DNA of 63,722 nucleotides, filler included, from Candidatus Delongbacteria bacterium (GCA_016937995.1; 6 parts of 6 records of this genome joined end to end with filler, not necessarily neighbours in it), one strand, 5' to 3'; numbered from the whole stretch's first letter, positions 30,801 to 40,717 are shown. Program-made: numbers and translations. Notes: generated from the sequence alone by a model not told the origin.

Positions 30801-32082
30801 AAATATCTCCGGGATGACAAGATGAGATGAAATATAATCCAGAAATACCATTTAGGTTATAAAAATGATCACTCCACAAAGCCCATTTATTTTCATTTTG
30901 CCCAATTTTATTATAATCCCCATGAGATTGATGATAAAATATATTATAACCTAAATTCAAAGCATTTAGTAAGGTTTGTTGGTTGAATTCAAGAGAATTT
31001 TCTTCATAAAAAGTACTAACGTTAAAATACGAAGGAAATTCGTCCTTTACTATTTCACACCATTTTTCCCCATCTCTATCATAGAAAACATTAAATCCCG
31101 ATAAGAATGATGATGTATTGAATCCCAACCGTTGTTCAATATTACCAGTAAAATAATCAATATCTTTTTTTATAATGGCTTCAATTTCATTTATATTCAT
31201 TCCAGGAACCCTACCCACAGATACATCACTATAAAAGTCTATAAAATCTTCTTGTTCTAAGTATACTCCATTTTGATTTAAATCCAATTCACCATCAAGA
31301 TTAGAATAAAAGGTATCGGTGGGTACTGACCCTTTCTCGTCAATAGGGTGTCCGAACCCAACAGGAATCACATCGTAATTTCCTCCTAAAATAACATACT
31401 TTATATTGTTTTTGTTATAAGTATCTTTAATAAAATTCCTGATTTTTATAACATTATTTTCACCTTGAAATTGCTTATATATATCTTCTATTGTTTTTAC
31501 TTTGGTAGTTAGTCCCATTTTATTCTTAAAGATTCTGTAAGGTTCAAAAGCTTCCTTAAAACTCTCGGTGGTAATTATGATCATATCTATTTCTTCTGAA
31601 ATGGGATACTCTTTACTTGGAATAACAAAACTATCTTGGTAAGAATATTCTAATCTTGGAATAAAAAATAATGAATCTTCCTTAAATATAAATGGAAATG
31701 TCTCTAAAACAGCAAGGTACTTGTGTCTCAGTATACCTCTACCTCCAAGTTTTATCGGCTCGTTACTATATTTCGGATTTTCTGCTCTTTCGTTTTCTAT
31801 AGGATCATTACTTTCGATAATATTATTTACAAACACTGTTTCTATTGAATCTACAAGAACATACAATGGGATTTTTCCAGAAGAAAATTCTAGCAAATCA
31901 GTTGTAATAGATAATCTTAAAGAATCCTTATAAATATGCTTGTAAATACTGCTTTCATCAATATGCTCAATTTTATGATTCTTTAGATCTATCGTGTAGT
32001 CGTTAATGTTAAAAGTTATTACTTCTGATAGCAAACTTGATATCAGAATTGTTAATAACAATCTTGTTACTGTTTTAAGCAT
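27814..32082 (-). CDS. Large secreted C25 (gingipain-family) peptidase with FG-GAP-like repeats
   Basis: YVILGG, DVSVGRVP, HQSHG (His), SSCHPG (Cys), GDP; repeated DLDGD/GDVNGDG; ATG 32082 has GAGG RBS. Confidence 0.88.
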   Translation of the reverse strand: MLKTVTRLLLTILISSLLSEVITFNINDYTIDLKNHKIEHIDESSIYKHIYKDSLRLSITTDLLEFSSGKIPLYVLVDSIETVFVNNIIESNDPIENERAENPKYSNEPIKLGGRGILRHKYLAVLETFPFIFKEDSLFFIPRLEYSYQDSFVIPSKEYPISEEIDMIIITTESFKEAFEPYRIFKNKMGLTTKVKTIEDIYKQFQGENNVIKIRNFIKDTYNKNNIKYVILGGNYDVIPVGFGHPIDEKGSVPTDTFYSNLDGELDLNQNGVYLEQEDFIDFYSDVSVGRVPGMNINEIEAIIKKDIDYFTGNIEQRLGFNTSSFLSGFNVFYDRDGEKWCEIVKDEFPSYFNVSTFYEENSLEFNQQTLLNALNLGYNIFYHQSHGDYNKIGQNENKWALWSDHFYNLNGISGLYFISSCHPGDISYSGLSQKAMINPSGGCINYIGSSAEEYPAASINMHSVFFNHIFKGKDMGESITLSNLLIYGDLNRNPVGRYQVQCYNIQGDPSNKLFLREPRNIGILGINQFKKGSGYVNGIFNMVPIEPVEITLIADGEIISKTTTSNQSFRLDYENLFTDSVYVYYHSQECYLKEKGYKVYDNNDTEIEITNLGIDDDNNTDICESGDHFALNFDVNVSLNELNHDSLIVYLSQNNDENFNFINDSMKIAIPALNDLTNISVFDIVYDPLTKAKPDSSLKVKLNFQIDGGSLLLQKDIYIPYSDPVLKLQSVSFTGNNILPTFINDSQGLINKVQISLLEIIKEDETSIKGTKTLYNVSGLSVVKNDTLVFAADSTKIYKFEIVINDEYTYDTSDFKAYTSGSGNITLNTDYSPGRVNLQWTHDLSGDFKYNVYIDTDINFTDPVLKNFESLNTSSYTFYDDQVSNLYVQVALLDTNNVEFIYSPVKEINFIPLYTGKEFKINQYEMYNPMFVDNKLIANLINSSVSGINKDGSLINGTGIIHESEVQGFSTALQQGYAIGDVNGDGANNIVNYLRNVGDSVQVKVVDLTTGNKIASKKVYGYFMETTPVLVQYDEDPELEIMISCFNGNIAGDPKGAYFYMLDYVNGTLEMVSGFPLISAYGQYYTHTPSLIDLDNNGIKEIIADCYNKIEIYSSSDLSHITTYGLSTGIQTALSYCDIDDDGQIEVFAISESMGNTGKLFGYRFDGSTLGEILSISGGISISMKSSAFSDLLPPVSFPDIDGDLTPDIVALTSSKLYIYDNQFNSRNNFPIDLDSRIETNNSSAPSFGDLDGDTVLDVLFMDANFRIWCYSGSSGSLIKGFPIQVEDIGRTEMTALPIMDLDGDNDLEFAVGTNNGVMLVYDYPTNTTRIDTYDKFRGDQYNSGLFSVVLGVPGNISTVQSGNDLVIYWDQVATATSYKIFISDDPYSGFVLLDETSDENYTVYNITDTKKFYYVIAIKY

Positions 32083-32241
32083 AAATTCCTCACTTTTTAA
32101 CAATAATCTTTTCTATAGTAAATACTACAAAGTAAGTATACTGATAAACTTTACATTAGTTCCATTTTCGATTAAATTACTACATAAGAAACAAAAATTA
32201 TATTTCTGAGTATAAAACGAAATTAATGGAGGTTCAAATAG

Positions 32242-33675
32242 ATGAAATATATTAAAGCACTTGTGTTTGTTATGTTAATATCTACGATTTACACTAAACT
32301 TTTTTCGGAAGATTATATTGCTTCATGGGATGGTGGTAATATCTCACAAAAAGAATTTGAGAATGAACTTTTAAAAAATATTTATAATTTCAGCTATCGC
32401 AATGCAAAATCAGGATCAATCCAGAAGAACAAAGAATTCTTTAGAAATTATTTAACTAATAAATTAATCATCCAACATGCAATTCTCATGAAAATTGATA
32501 CGACCCCTGAACTTAAAGAAAGAATAAAAAGCAATATTTACTATATCGCAACAAAAAAATATCTTTTGGTTGACAGTGTTCAAAATAAATTATTCTCTGA
32601 AAAAGATATAAAATCTGTTTATAATGCGATATTTTTTAATTACAATGTTAGTTATATAGTTGTAGAAACAAAAAATATTGCAGATTCGATTTTTCTTTTT
32701 CTTACCACAAATAATACAAACTTATCAATGCTTATTGATAATTCTTTAAATAAACATGACTCATTAAGTATTAAAGCTGATTGTGAGTGGATTGATATCG
32801 AAGAATATCCATTATCTTTTATTAATTCATTATGTGAACTTAAAGCAGGGAGTATTTCACTCCCATTTAAAACTAATTCAGGATGGTGTATATTGCAATT
32901 GAATGAAATAAATGCTAATAACGATATTGTTGAGTATGAAATTATTAAAGATTATATTTCAGATAAATTAGTGAAAAATAATTTAGAAGATCATAAAGAA
33001 GCTTACAATATTTTTATTGATTTTCTTTATCGGAAGTATCGTTTAGAGCTTAATAATACAAATATTGATAGTTTTATTAAGAAATCTTATGAACTTTCTA
33101 ATCTAACATTTAAGGTAAATTCTGATCCATTTAGCTTTGTAAATGATTCAAATAAAGATATTATTGTAGCATCTTCTGATTGTAAGAATCTAACTTATCA
33201 GGACTTGAAATCATCTTTATCAAAGTTTGATCTATCTAATAATGAAACTCTTGACAGCTCGAATAATTTAATCCAATACATCTACCAATTTTACGAAAAC
33301 TACTTAATGAATATTTTTGCTGATGAATCAGGTTACACAGAAAGAGAAGATATCATTAGCAGAAGTATGAATTTCTCAATATTTGAATTCAATCATTATT
33401 TTAGATATCAGTACTTACCTCGTTTTCTTCCAAATATTTCGAATAAAGAATACGAAGCATATTACAACAATAACAAATCTGAATTTAGAAATAATGATGT
33501 TTTATTGCCCATTGATCAGGTAAAAAACAAAATAAAATACTTAATTGAAAAACCAAAATTAGAAAAACTTGAAATACTTTGGAATAAATACCTTATTAGA
33601 AAATATAAAACTGTAATTAATGAAGTATTATTAGAGAATTTGTTCGCAGATTATTACTTAGATCTTAGGAAATAG
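32242..33675 (+). CDS. Exported PrsA/SurA-like foldase (degenerate parvulin PPIase)
   Basis: Signal peptide; LKAGSISLPFKTNSGWCILQL parvulin-like end; LPIDQVKNKI. Confidence 0.65.
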   Translation: MKYIKALVFVMLISTIYTKLFSEDYIASWDGGNISQKEFENELLKNIYNFSYRNAKSGSIQKNKEFFRNYLTNKLIIQHAILMKIDTTPELKERIKSNIYYIATKKYLLVDSVQNKLFSEKDIKSVYNAIFFNYNVSYIVVETKNIADSIFLFLTTNNTNLSMLIDNSLNKHDSLSIKADCEWIDIEEYPLSFINSLCELKAGSISLPFKTNSGWCILQLNEINANNDIVEYEIIKDYISDKLVKNNLEDHKEAYNIFIDFLYRKYRLELNNTNIDSFIKKSYELSNLTFKVNSDPFSFVNDSNKDIIVASSDCKNLTYQDLKSSLSKFDLSNNETLDSSNNLIQYIYQFYENYLMNIFADESGYTEREDIISRSMNFSIFEFNHYFRYQYLPRFLPNISNKEYEAYYNNNKSEFRNNDVLLPIDQVKNKIKYLIEKPKLEKLEILWNKYLIRKYKTVINEVLLENLFADYYLDLRK

Positions 33676-33689
33676 TATTTCACATTAAT

Positions 33690-33726
33690 AAAAAAAAAGA
33701 CTGTGTTAAACACAGTCTTTTTTTTT
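33690..33726. terminator. Bidirectional intrinsic terminator
   Basis: A-tract, GACTGTGTT-A-AACACAGTC, T-tract between convergent genes. Confidence 0.9.
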
Positions 33727-33741
33727 ATTTTATGATGACAA

Positions 33742-34042
33742 TTACTTAACAAGAACCATTTTGTTTGTCATAACTTTGTTATCTGCTTCTAAAGTGTAGT
33801 AGTAAACTCCTGCACTTAAGTTTGAAGCATCAAAGTTAACTGTATGGTAACCAGCACTCATTTGACCATCAACTAATGAATTTACAAGCTGTCCAGAGAA
33901 GTTGTATACATTCATTTGAACATTTCCAGCAGTTGCTAAAGAAAAGTTAATCGCTGTTGTTGGGTTGAATGGGTTTGGATAGTTCTGCTCTAGTTTTGTT
34001 TCAAGTGGCATATTTCCGTCGATTGAAGAAACGTCAACAGAA
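33742..34042 (-). CDS. 3' fragment of a secreted protein with T9SS type-A C-terminal domain
   Basis: QNYPNPFNPTT...LSAGVYYY...KMVLVK. Confidence 0.92.
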
Positions 34043-34142
34043 NNNNNNNNNNNNNNNNNNNNNNNNNNNNNNNNNNNNNNNNNNNNTTAATTAATTAANN
34101 NNNNNNNNNNNNNNNNNNNNNNNNNNNNNNNNNNNNNNNNNN
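34043..34142. other. Artificial contig linker
   Basis: N44-TTAATTAATTAA-N44. Confidence 0.99.
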
Positions 34143-35189
34143 AAGCAGTTCCGGATCAACTGTTACAAAATAAGGTACTCCGATCTCTTTATATTTCATA
34201 GATCTTATTTCCAAAGTTCCTTTTTCATCAAGAAGGGTTTTGAATTCATTGTTCAGGTCAGTGTGTATCTTCTCTGATCTCATTCGAACATTCCTGTCAA
34301 CTGAACTCAAAGGGAATACACAACACTTGACCGGGGCTATCTGAGGAGAGAAGATCACTGTTGGTATTATTGCATTTCTGACCTGTAATTCTCTATAGCC
34401 ATTAAATATTAAAGCCAATATCAATTTGTCAACATCAATATTGATGCTCAGCATATGCGGTAATAATTTCTCGTTTCTTAAAGTATCTTTTATCCTGAGA
34501 CTGTTAATTTCCTCTTCTGAAAAGCTTCTCTCCGAATTCTCAAAGTAAAAATCAATTCTATCAGAAATAGTGAATACAGTTTCTTCACCGAAAGGAAATT
34601 TGAATTTTGTGATATAGCGGTCAAAGAAATAATCATCAGTGCTTGGATGATCTACAATGTTCTGAAACTCGGTAACAATATTTTCATCATTAAATCCGAT
34701 CTTGTAAAAAAAATCAATAACGAAGTCATTCCATGTTTTCAGCATGGCTTCAGAAGTTGACGGGACAACAAAATAATCCATATTTATATGATTGGAATCT
34801 CCGCTATGAAATGTAAATTCGGCAGACTCAAATTGTTCAACATTAACATTTGAGATACGATTTATACCGAAAGGGATCTCCATTTTTTTTGAACGGAACA
34901 GTTCTGAAAATTTATCCAGAACGTCCGTATTTGTAATTTTATCCATACCGTATATATTGTTCAGTGAAAGGACTGTGGTGTTTTTCCAGGATGCGATTAA
35001 ATTATTTTTGATCAGTTTACCCATTGCTCCCAGTTTCCAAACATAATGATCAGGATTATCAATATCAAAAATTTTTGAGAATAACAGCTTTTCATTGATA
35101 AAATTTTCGATCTTAACGAACTGGTTTATCTGTTTAAGATGTTCTTCCTCTGAATAACTTTTTCTTTCCTTACGTTCCAAAAGAGTCAT
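34143..35189 (-). CDS. Degenerate alpha2-type glycyl-tRNA synthetase paralog with anticodon-binding domain (3' truncated by contig end)
   Basis: GAMGKLIKNNL, IPFGI, FPFG, SDRIDF, PQIAPVKCCVFPL, EIGVPYFVTVD align to GlyRS; class II motif 2 and 3 arginines absent. Confidence 0.75.
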
Positions 35190-35206
35190 AATTTGATCCT
35201 CTAATA

Positions 35207-35938
35207 TTATTTTGCGATCCTGTAATTAATGTGAAAATTTGTATATGTGTTGAACATATTGATAAATTCTTTTTTTAAATATTCTTTCTGTGGTTTAATC
35301 TTGTATAACTCTTCAAATTTTATTTTTGAAATGCTCTTTAGAAATGTGGATAATTTTTCAGATATAGGAAAACTGTGGTCGAACATATTTTTACATTTTT
35401 TACAATGAAGGTTACCGTTGGTCATATCAAGGTAGTCTGTAATATTATTGGAATTACAATTGATACAATTGTCTGTAATAGTGAATTTTATCCCCAGGCA
35501 CCAAGCAAGCTGGAAATAAAAATAAATTTCAGTATTCTGAGATGAAAATTCATGATCCATGTCAGTTGCTTCCAATAATTTTTTTACCAGAAAGAACGTC
35601 ATCCTGTTCCCGTCGAGGTCATTTAAAGGTAATGTGTTCAATACTGCAAATATATTTAGAACTACAGTGGTCTTTTCGTAATGATCTCTAATATAAGAAT
35701 AATTCTTCATCAATTCAAAATCAATAATCTTATATTTATTTTTCTCCCTGAGTATCTCAAGTTTAACATAATTCATTGGTTGTAAAATTGATCTGCCGGT
35801 ATTTTTTTTTGAAGTAAAACCATGCTTGATTATAGGAATCATTCCAAAGTCAGGTGTAAGGAAATTAATAAGTCTGCTGTTTTCCCCATGAACACTACTT
35901 TTAAGGATTATACCTTCAGTTTTGATCTCAGTAATCAT
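35207..35938 (-). CDS. recO: DNA repair protein RecO
   Basis: TEGIILK...GENSRLINFLT OB-fold start; CxxC...CxxC zinc finger. Confidence 0.85.
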   Translation of the reverse strand: MITEIKTEGIILKSSVHGENSRLINFLTPDFGMIPIIKHGFTSKKNTGRSILQPMNYVKLEILREKNKYKIIDFELMKNYSYIRDHYEKTTVVLNIFAVLNTLPLNDLDGNRMTFFLVKKLLEATDMDHEFSSQNTEIYFYFQLAWCLGIKFTITDNCINCNSNNITDYLDMTNGNLHCKKCKNMFDHSFPISEKLSTFLKSISKIKFEELYKIKPQKEYLKKEFINMFNTYTNFHINYRIAK

Positions 35939-37153
35939 TTATACTTTTGCTCTTAAAATTGAACCTGGAACAACTGATTTAAAATATTTCAGCACAACAA
36001 TCTGATTTGGGTTTGTTTTATAAACATCTCTACCGATAGCATCTTTTATTTCCCTGAAACTGACTGTCAATATTCTTTTTCCGGGTATAACGATATCTAT
36101 TTCCTGCTCTGGATAGAAAGCTCCTTTTACCTCAACCACCATTTTCTCTTTGTTAATTATCTCTTTTACCAGACCTACGATCTCATGTGTAATTTCTGCT
36201 TTACCGGTATCATATGACTGAGAAGCTTCAATACTTTTATCAAGGAATTTGAAAGTTGTATAACCTCTGTTGGAGACTTTTTTCAGTTCGATCAACGATT
36301 CAGGGTCTGTTTTATAATTTTCCGGATCATTTGAGTATCTGTCAAGAGCTTCACGGTACGTTTTAATTACAGATGACAGGTAGCTGAGTGTCTTCATTCT
36401 TCCTTCGATCTTGATAGAATTTATACCTGCTTTAACGATCTCCGGGATATATTCAATCAGGCACAGGTCCTTGGAGTTAAAAAAATATGTTCCGCGTTTA
36501 GCTTCCTCTTCAATATAAAAGCCCTCCGGGATCTGTTCTGCTGAAATATCATACTTGAATCTGCAGGTCTGGTTACACTCCCCACGGTTCGCGTCTCTGT
36601 CCTTTGTATGATAGCTCAGCATACATCTTCCTGAGTAAGCCATACACATTGCTCCGTGAACGAACATCTCAAGTTCTATATCGGTCTTAGCACGGATCTC
36701 TCTAATTTCTTCTAAAGATAATTCTCTGGGTAAAATTATCCTCTGAACATTCAGGCTTTCAAGAAATTTGATTGTTTCATAGTTCATAGCTGAGAATTGA
36801 GTTGAAATATGAACTTCGATCTCAGGAACAACTCTTTTAACGATGCTTAGTATTCCTAAATCGGATACGATGATAGCATCAACTTTTATTTCATAAAGGA
36901 ATTTTAAGTAATCCTCAATACCGATAAGGTCTTCGTTATGAGCTATGATATTAAGAGTTACATATAATCTGACATTATTTTCTTTGCAATATTTCACAGC
37001 ATTTTCAAGTTCCTCATTACTGAAATTACCTGCGAAAGCTCTCATTCCAAACGATTTTCCAGAAAGATATACTGCATCAGCTCCGAACTGGATAGCTGTT
37101 ATCATTTTCTCATAGTTTCCTGCAGGAGCCAATAGTTCTACTTTATTATTCAT
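35939..37153 (-). CDS. U32 peptidase-family protein (TrhP/YegQ-like tRNA hydroxylation)
   Basis: ELLAPAG, GADAVY, FVHGAMCMAYSGRC, NRGECNQTCR, KIEGRMK. Confidence 0.92.
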   Translation of the reverse strand: MNNKVELLAPAGNYEKMITAIQFGADAVYLSGKSFGMRAFAGNFSNEELENAVKYCKENNVRLYVTLNIIAHNEDLIGIEDYLKFLYEIKVDAIIVSDLGILSIVKRVVPEIEVHISTQFSAMNYETIKFLESLNVQRIILPRELSLEEIREIRAKTDIELEMFVHGAMCMAYSGRCMLSYHTKDRDANRGECNQTCRFKYDISAEQIPEGFYIEEEAKRGTYFFNSKDLCLIEYIPEIVKAGINSIKIEGRMKTLSYLSSVIKTYREALDRYSNDPENYKTDPESLIELKKVSNRGYTTFKFLDKSIEASQSYDTGKAEITHEIVGLVKEIINKEKMVVEVKGAFYPEQEIDIVIPGKRILTVSFREIKDAIGRDVYKTNPNQIVVLKYFKSVVPGSILRAKV

Positions 37154-37235
37154 TTATTCCCTTTTTTGATGCTTTCTTTGATACAGTAGTGTAATAAAGC
37201 CAAAATATGCTATAATATCAATCATAATCTAAAAT

Positions 37236-37264
37236 AAAAAAAGCTTCCGGAAGGGAAGCTTTTT
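37236..37264 (-). terminator. Intrinsic terminator downstream of the tRNA
   Basis: AAAAAAAGCTTCC-ggaag-GGAAGCTTTTT. Confidence 0.75.
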
Positions 37265-37274
37265 AAAGATTTTG

Positions 37275-37348
37275 TACACCATAGAGGATTCGAACCTCTG
37301 ACCTACGGATTAGAAATCCGGTGCTCTATCCAGCTGAGCTAATGGTGC
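37275..37348 (-). tRNA. tRNA-Arg(TCT), CCA not encoded
   Basis: Cloverleaf GCACCATTAGCTCAGCTGGATAGAGCACCGGATT-TCT-AATCCGTAGGTCAGAGGTTCGAATCCTCTATGGTGTA. Confidence 0.96.
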
Positions 37349-37401
37349 ATGTCAAAAGACAGACCCCAATATAATATTATAGAATTGTATTGTCAATGAA
37401 T

Positions 37402-38529
37402 TTATGGGATATTTAAGTCTGATCTATTTATAGTTATTTGAAGTTTTCTCTCAATTTTTTTGAGAAATTTAGTTTCGTATTCAGTAGTAAGAGAAATAGT
37501 AACACCTTTTTCGCCGGCTCTACCGGTTCTCCCGGCTCTATGAGTATAGTTTTTCGGGTCTTCAGGAATATCAAAATTTATAATATGACTTACATTTTTG
37601 AAATCCAGGCCTCTGGCAGCTATATCAGATGCAACCAGTAGATTAATTCTATTGCTTCGGAAATCTCTGATCGCTTTTTCTCTTTCAGATTTTTGCCATG
37701 ACCCATGGATACAATCTACTTTCAAGTTATGAAATTTAAGCTTATCATTTAGAATTTCAAGATCATCACTTTTGTTTAAAAATACAATAGCTTTCAGGTT
37801 TTTAATGTTTGCAGCAAGATTTCTCAAGATCTTGATCTTATCTCTCTGCTCACAAACTATGTATTCATGAGAAATATTCAAAGTTGTAACCTGGGTATCT
37901 TTAATAATAATAACTTCAGGTTCTTTCATCAATTCAATCAATTTTTCTTTGGAGTTATCTGGTATGGTAGCTGAAAATGCCATTAACTGACGATCTTTCA
38001 TCGTAGCTTTGATTATAGCTTTAGTTTGTACGATATTATTATCATCAATAAGCTTATCAGCTTCGTCTAGAATTATAGTCTTCACAGTATGCATTATTAT
38101 ACGCTTCCGAGTGATCAATTCCAGGAGTCTTCCAGCCGATGCCACAATTATCTGAGGGCTTTTCTTCTTTAGATTCTCGATCTGCCTTTTAATATGAACT
38201 GATCCTAGTACAGGTTGGACTGATATTTTAATTCCTGAGTTGCTAATTAAACTTTCAATTTGACTTTGAATTTGTATAACAAGTTCATAGGTAGGGGCCA
38301 GGATCACCACTTGAAGAGATTTGTTATCAATATCCATATTCTGGATCATAGGTAGCAGATAAGCTAAAGTTTTTCCTGTACCGGTTTCAGAGCTGGCAAT
38401 TATATCTTTTTTGTTAAAAATAAATGGTATTGTTCTTTGCTGTATCGTTGTAGGTATAGATATTTTTTCAACTTCGAGAGCTTTTAATAATTTATCATTG
38501 ATTTTTAATTTACTGAATTCGTTTGTCAT
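37402..38529 (-). CDS. DEAD-box RNA helicase
   Basis: TGTGKT, APTYEL, DEAD, SAT, ARGLD, HRAGRTGR. Confidence 0.95.
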   Translation of the reverse strand: MTNEFSKLKINDKLLKALEVEKISIPTTIQQRTIPFIFNKKDIIASSETGTGKTLAYLLPMIQNMDIDNKSLQVVILAPTYELVIQIQSQIESLISNSGIKISVQPVLGSVHIKRQIENLKKKSPQIIVASAGRLLELITRKRIIMHTVKTIILDEADKLIDDNNIVQTKAIIKATMKDRQLMAFSATIPDNSKEKLIELMKEPEVIIIKDTQVTTLNISHEYIVCEQRDKIKILRNLAANIKNLKAIVFLNKSDDLEILNDKLKFHNLKVDCIHGSWQKSEREKAIRDFRSNRINLLVASDIAARGLDFKNVSHIINFDIPEDPKNYTHRAGRTGRAGEKGVTISLTTEYETKFLKKIERKLQITINRSDLNIP

Positions 38530-38643
38530 AATTTTTCCATTTGATTTCTATGACATAATGTATAAAGTATAGGGCTATATTACAAATTATATTTAACAGG
38601 AATTTAAATGTGGTTTGATATTATGCTTGAAAGTTAGATAAAA

Positions 38644-39480
38644 CTAATTTTTATCAGGACCGTAAATTTCTATCTTACATTTAGGGCAGATAGAATGTGA
38701 GAATTTTATATTAGTATGCTGAGACAGATAATCTGTGACAGGATGCCAGTTTTCTTCTTCATCCCTTATCTGATGACAGGAAGCACAAATAGGAATAAAA
38801 CCACAAGCTATTTTATCGCCGTCAGCTAATTTGATTTCCAATTCCTTTATAAGTTCTTCTTTTTTCTCAGCGATTTGCTTTTGCTCTGTAATATCAGTAA
38901 AAAGTCCAAATGCTCCTTTATATTCACCATTTTCATCAATAACAGGTGAACTTTTTACAAGAATTGTTCTGATCTGTTTATCGCAACGAATAATATCAAG
39001 TTCATAAACCTCGGTTGTACCTTTTTTCCTGATCGCTGTTTTATTCAGGATAAAATTAAAATCTTCAGAAGAAGTGAATTCATTAAGACCTTTACCTACC
39101 AGTTCATTGCCTTCGCAACCAAATATCTCGTTCCCGGCCTTGTTTGCAAAAGTAAAAACTTCATTTTCATCTACAATTCCAATTCCCTCGATAAGAGATT
39201 CCACAAGAGTTCTATACCTGTGCTCGCTTTTCTTTAGTGCTTTTTCACTATCCTGAAAATCATGATTCAATTTTTTGACACATTTCCATCTGTAAATGAA
39301 TATAAAATTAAGGCTTAAAGAAACAAGCATTAGTATAAATATGGTAATATCTTTAGTATTATTTTTATGAATAGCAATACCATAAGTAATAAAGATAAAA
39401 CCAATGAAAGTGAAGAGCAGAACTATTAAAATATCTACAACGAATGCTTTATTTTTATTTTTAAAAAATTGATTTAACAA
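38644..39480 (-). CDS. Membrane-anchored PAS-domain sensor with C-terminal Cys/His zinc-ribbon-like motif
   Basis: Two TMs; PAS/PAC ending DITEQK; PICASCHQIRD...SHSICPKC. Confidence 0.8.
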   Translation of the reverse strand: MLNQFFKNKNKAFVVDILIVLLFTFIGFIFITYGIAIHKNNTKDITIFILMLVSLSLNFIFIYRWKCVKKLNHDFQDSEKALKKSEHRYRTLVESLIEGIGIVDENEVFTFANKAGNEIFGCEGNELVGKGLNEFTSSEDFNFILNKTAIRKKGTTEVYELDIIRCDKQIRTILVKSSPVIDENGEYKGAFGLFTDITEQKQIAEKKEELIKELEIKLADGDKIACGFIPICASCHQIRDEEENWHPVTDYLSQHTNIKFSHSICPKCKIEIYGPDKN

Positions 39481-39598
39481 TTAACGCCCCGGTATTTATT
39501 ATTTTCTTAAGAAATTAAGATGTTTTTTATAGTGTCGTTGTGACACATATCACAAGATAAGAATAATTATTCAAAAAGTAAATTAAAAAGGTAAGGTT

Positions 39599-40717
39599 TT
39601 ACACAGTTTTTTTATATCTCCAGACGGCGAGAGAATTTACGATCGCAGCGTAGATAAGCATTTTAACACAGAACCCTGAGACAACATTCCAGCCTGCATT
39701 TTTCAACAAGATCAGTCTGTTAACTTCGACAGCATATTTAATTGGATTGCCAATGTTCAGTATTTTGATCCAGTTCGGCATACTCTCGATCGGAGTAAAA
39801 AGACCGCTGGTAAGAATAAAGAACATTACAAAAAAGAATGAAACGAACATTGCTTCCTGCTGAGTATTCACAGTCGTAGATATTAATAATCCAAGCCCAA
39901 GAACAACGAATAGCAGCGTGGAGATAAACGCAAAAGCGTAAAGCAGGTTTCCTTCAATAGGTATATCAAAGATCAGCTTTCCTACTCCGAGAGCTGCAAA
40001 ATATATCAGGTGACCGATGAACCAGAAAGGTATCATCTTACCGATAATAAGTTCATGCTTTCTGATCGGGGTAACATTCAGCTGTTCAATAGTTCCGATC
40101 TCTTTTTCCCTGACAATATTTAAAGCAGTTAAAAGCATCGTAAGCAGAGTAACTAGTTCAGCTACGATCCCGGGGACCATCAGTGTAGGATAATCAAAGG
40201 ATGGATTATACCAGTAGTTCGGAATAACATTAATATTTTTGAAATTATTCACAGCAGAAGAAGGTATTAGCTTCATGGAAATATCCTGATTGAAATCACC
40301 TATGATAGAGCTAGCATAAAAAAATGCAAGTTCAGCTTTCTGATTATTGATAGCATTTACAAGTATCTGGATCTCACCGGAATTTTCTCTTAAAATATTA
40401 TTTTCAAAGTTCTCAGGCAGAACGATAATAATATCACTATCATCACTGTCGAATTTTTTCAGAGCATTTTCCACAGAGAATTCAAAATCCTCGACGATAA
40501 AGAACTCAGATCCCTCAAATTTATTTACAAGTTGTCTTGAAGACGATGAAAGGTCATGATCAACTATAGATAGCTTTATATCCTTGATCTCATAGGTAGC
40601 TGCATAGGAAAGGATCACTGTCTGGACTATAGGAACAATGAAGATCAAAGGTAAAAGAGCTTTATTCCTGAAAATCTGAATAAATTCCTTCTGGACTATG
40701 TAAAAAATTCTCTTCAT
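39599..40717 (-). CDS. ABC-2 exporter permease (YbhR-like)
   Basis: KEFIQIFR, IVREKEIGTIEQLNVTP, TPIESMP. Confidence 0.9.
   Translation of the reverse strand: MKRIFYIVQKEFIQIFRNKALLPLIFIVPIVQTVILSYAATYEIKDIKLSIVDHDLSSSSRQLVNKFEGSEFFIVEDFEFSVENALKKFDSDDSDIIIVLPENFENNILRENSGEIQILVNAINNQKAELAFFYASSIIGDFNQDISMKLIPSSAVNNFKNINVIPNYWYNPSFDYPTLMVPGIVAELVTLLTMLLTALNIVREKEIGTIEQLNVTPIRKHELIIGKMIPFWFIGHLIYFAALGVGKLIFDIPIEGNLLYAFAFISTLLFVVLGLGLLISTTVNTQQEAMFVSFFFVMFFILTSGLFTPIESMPNWIKILNIGNPIKYAVEVNRLILLKNAGWNVVSGFCVKMLIYAAIVNSLAVWRYKKTV

Noticed and set aside
37275..38529. tRNA-Arg as an island integration site
   Set aside because: No integrase and no duplicated tRNA 3' end in the contig.
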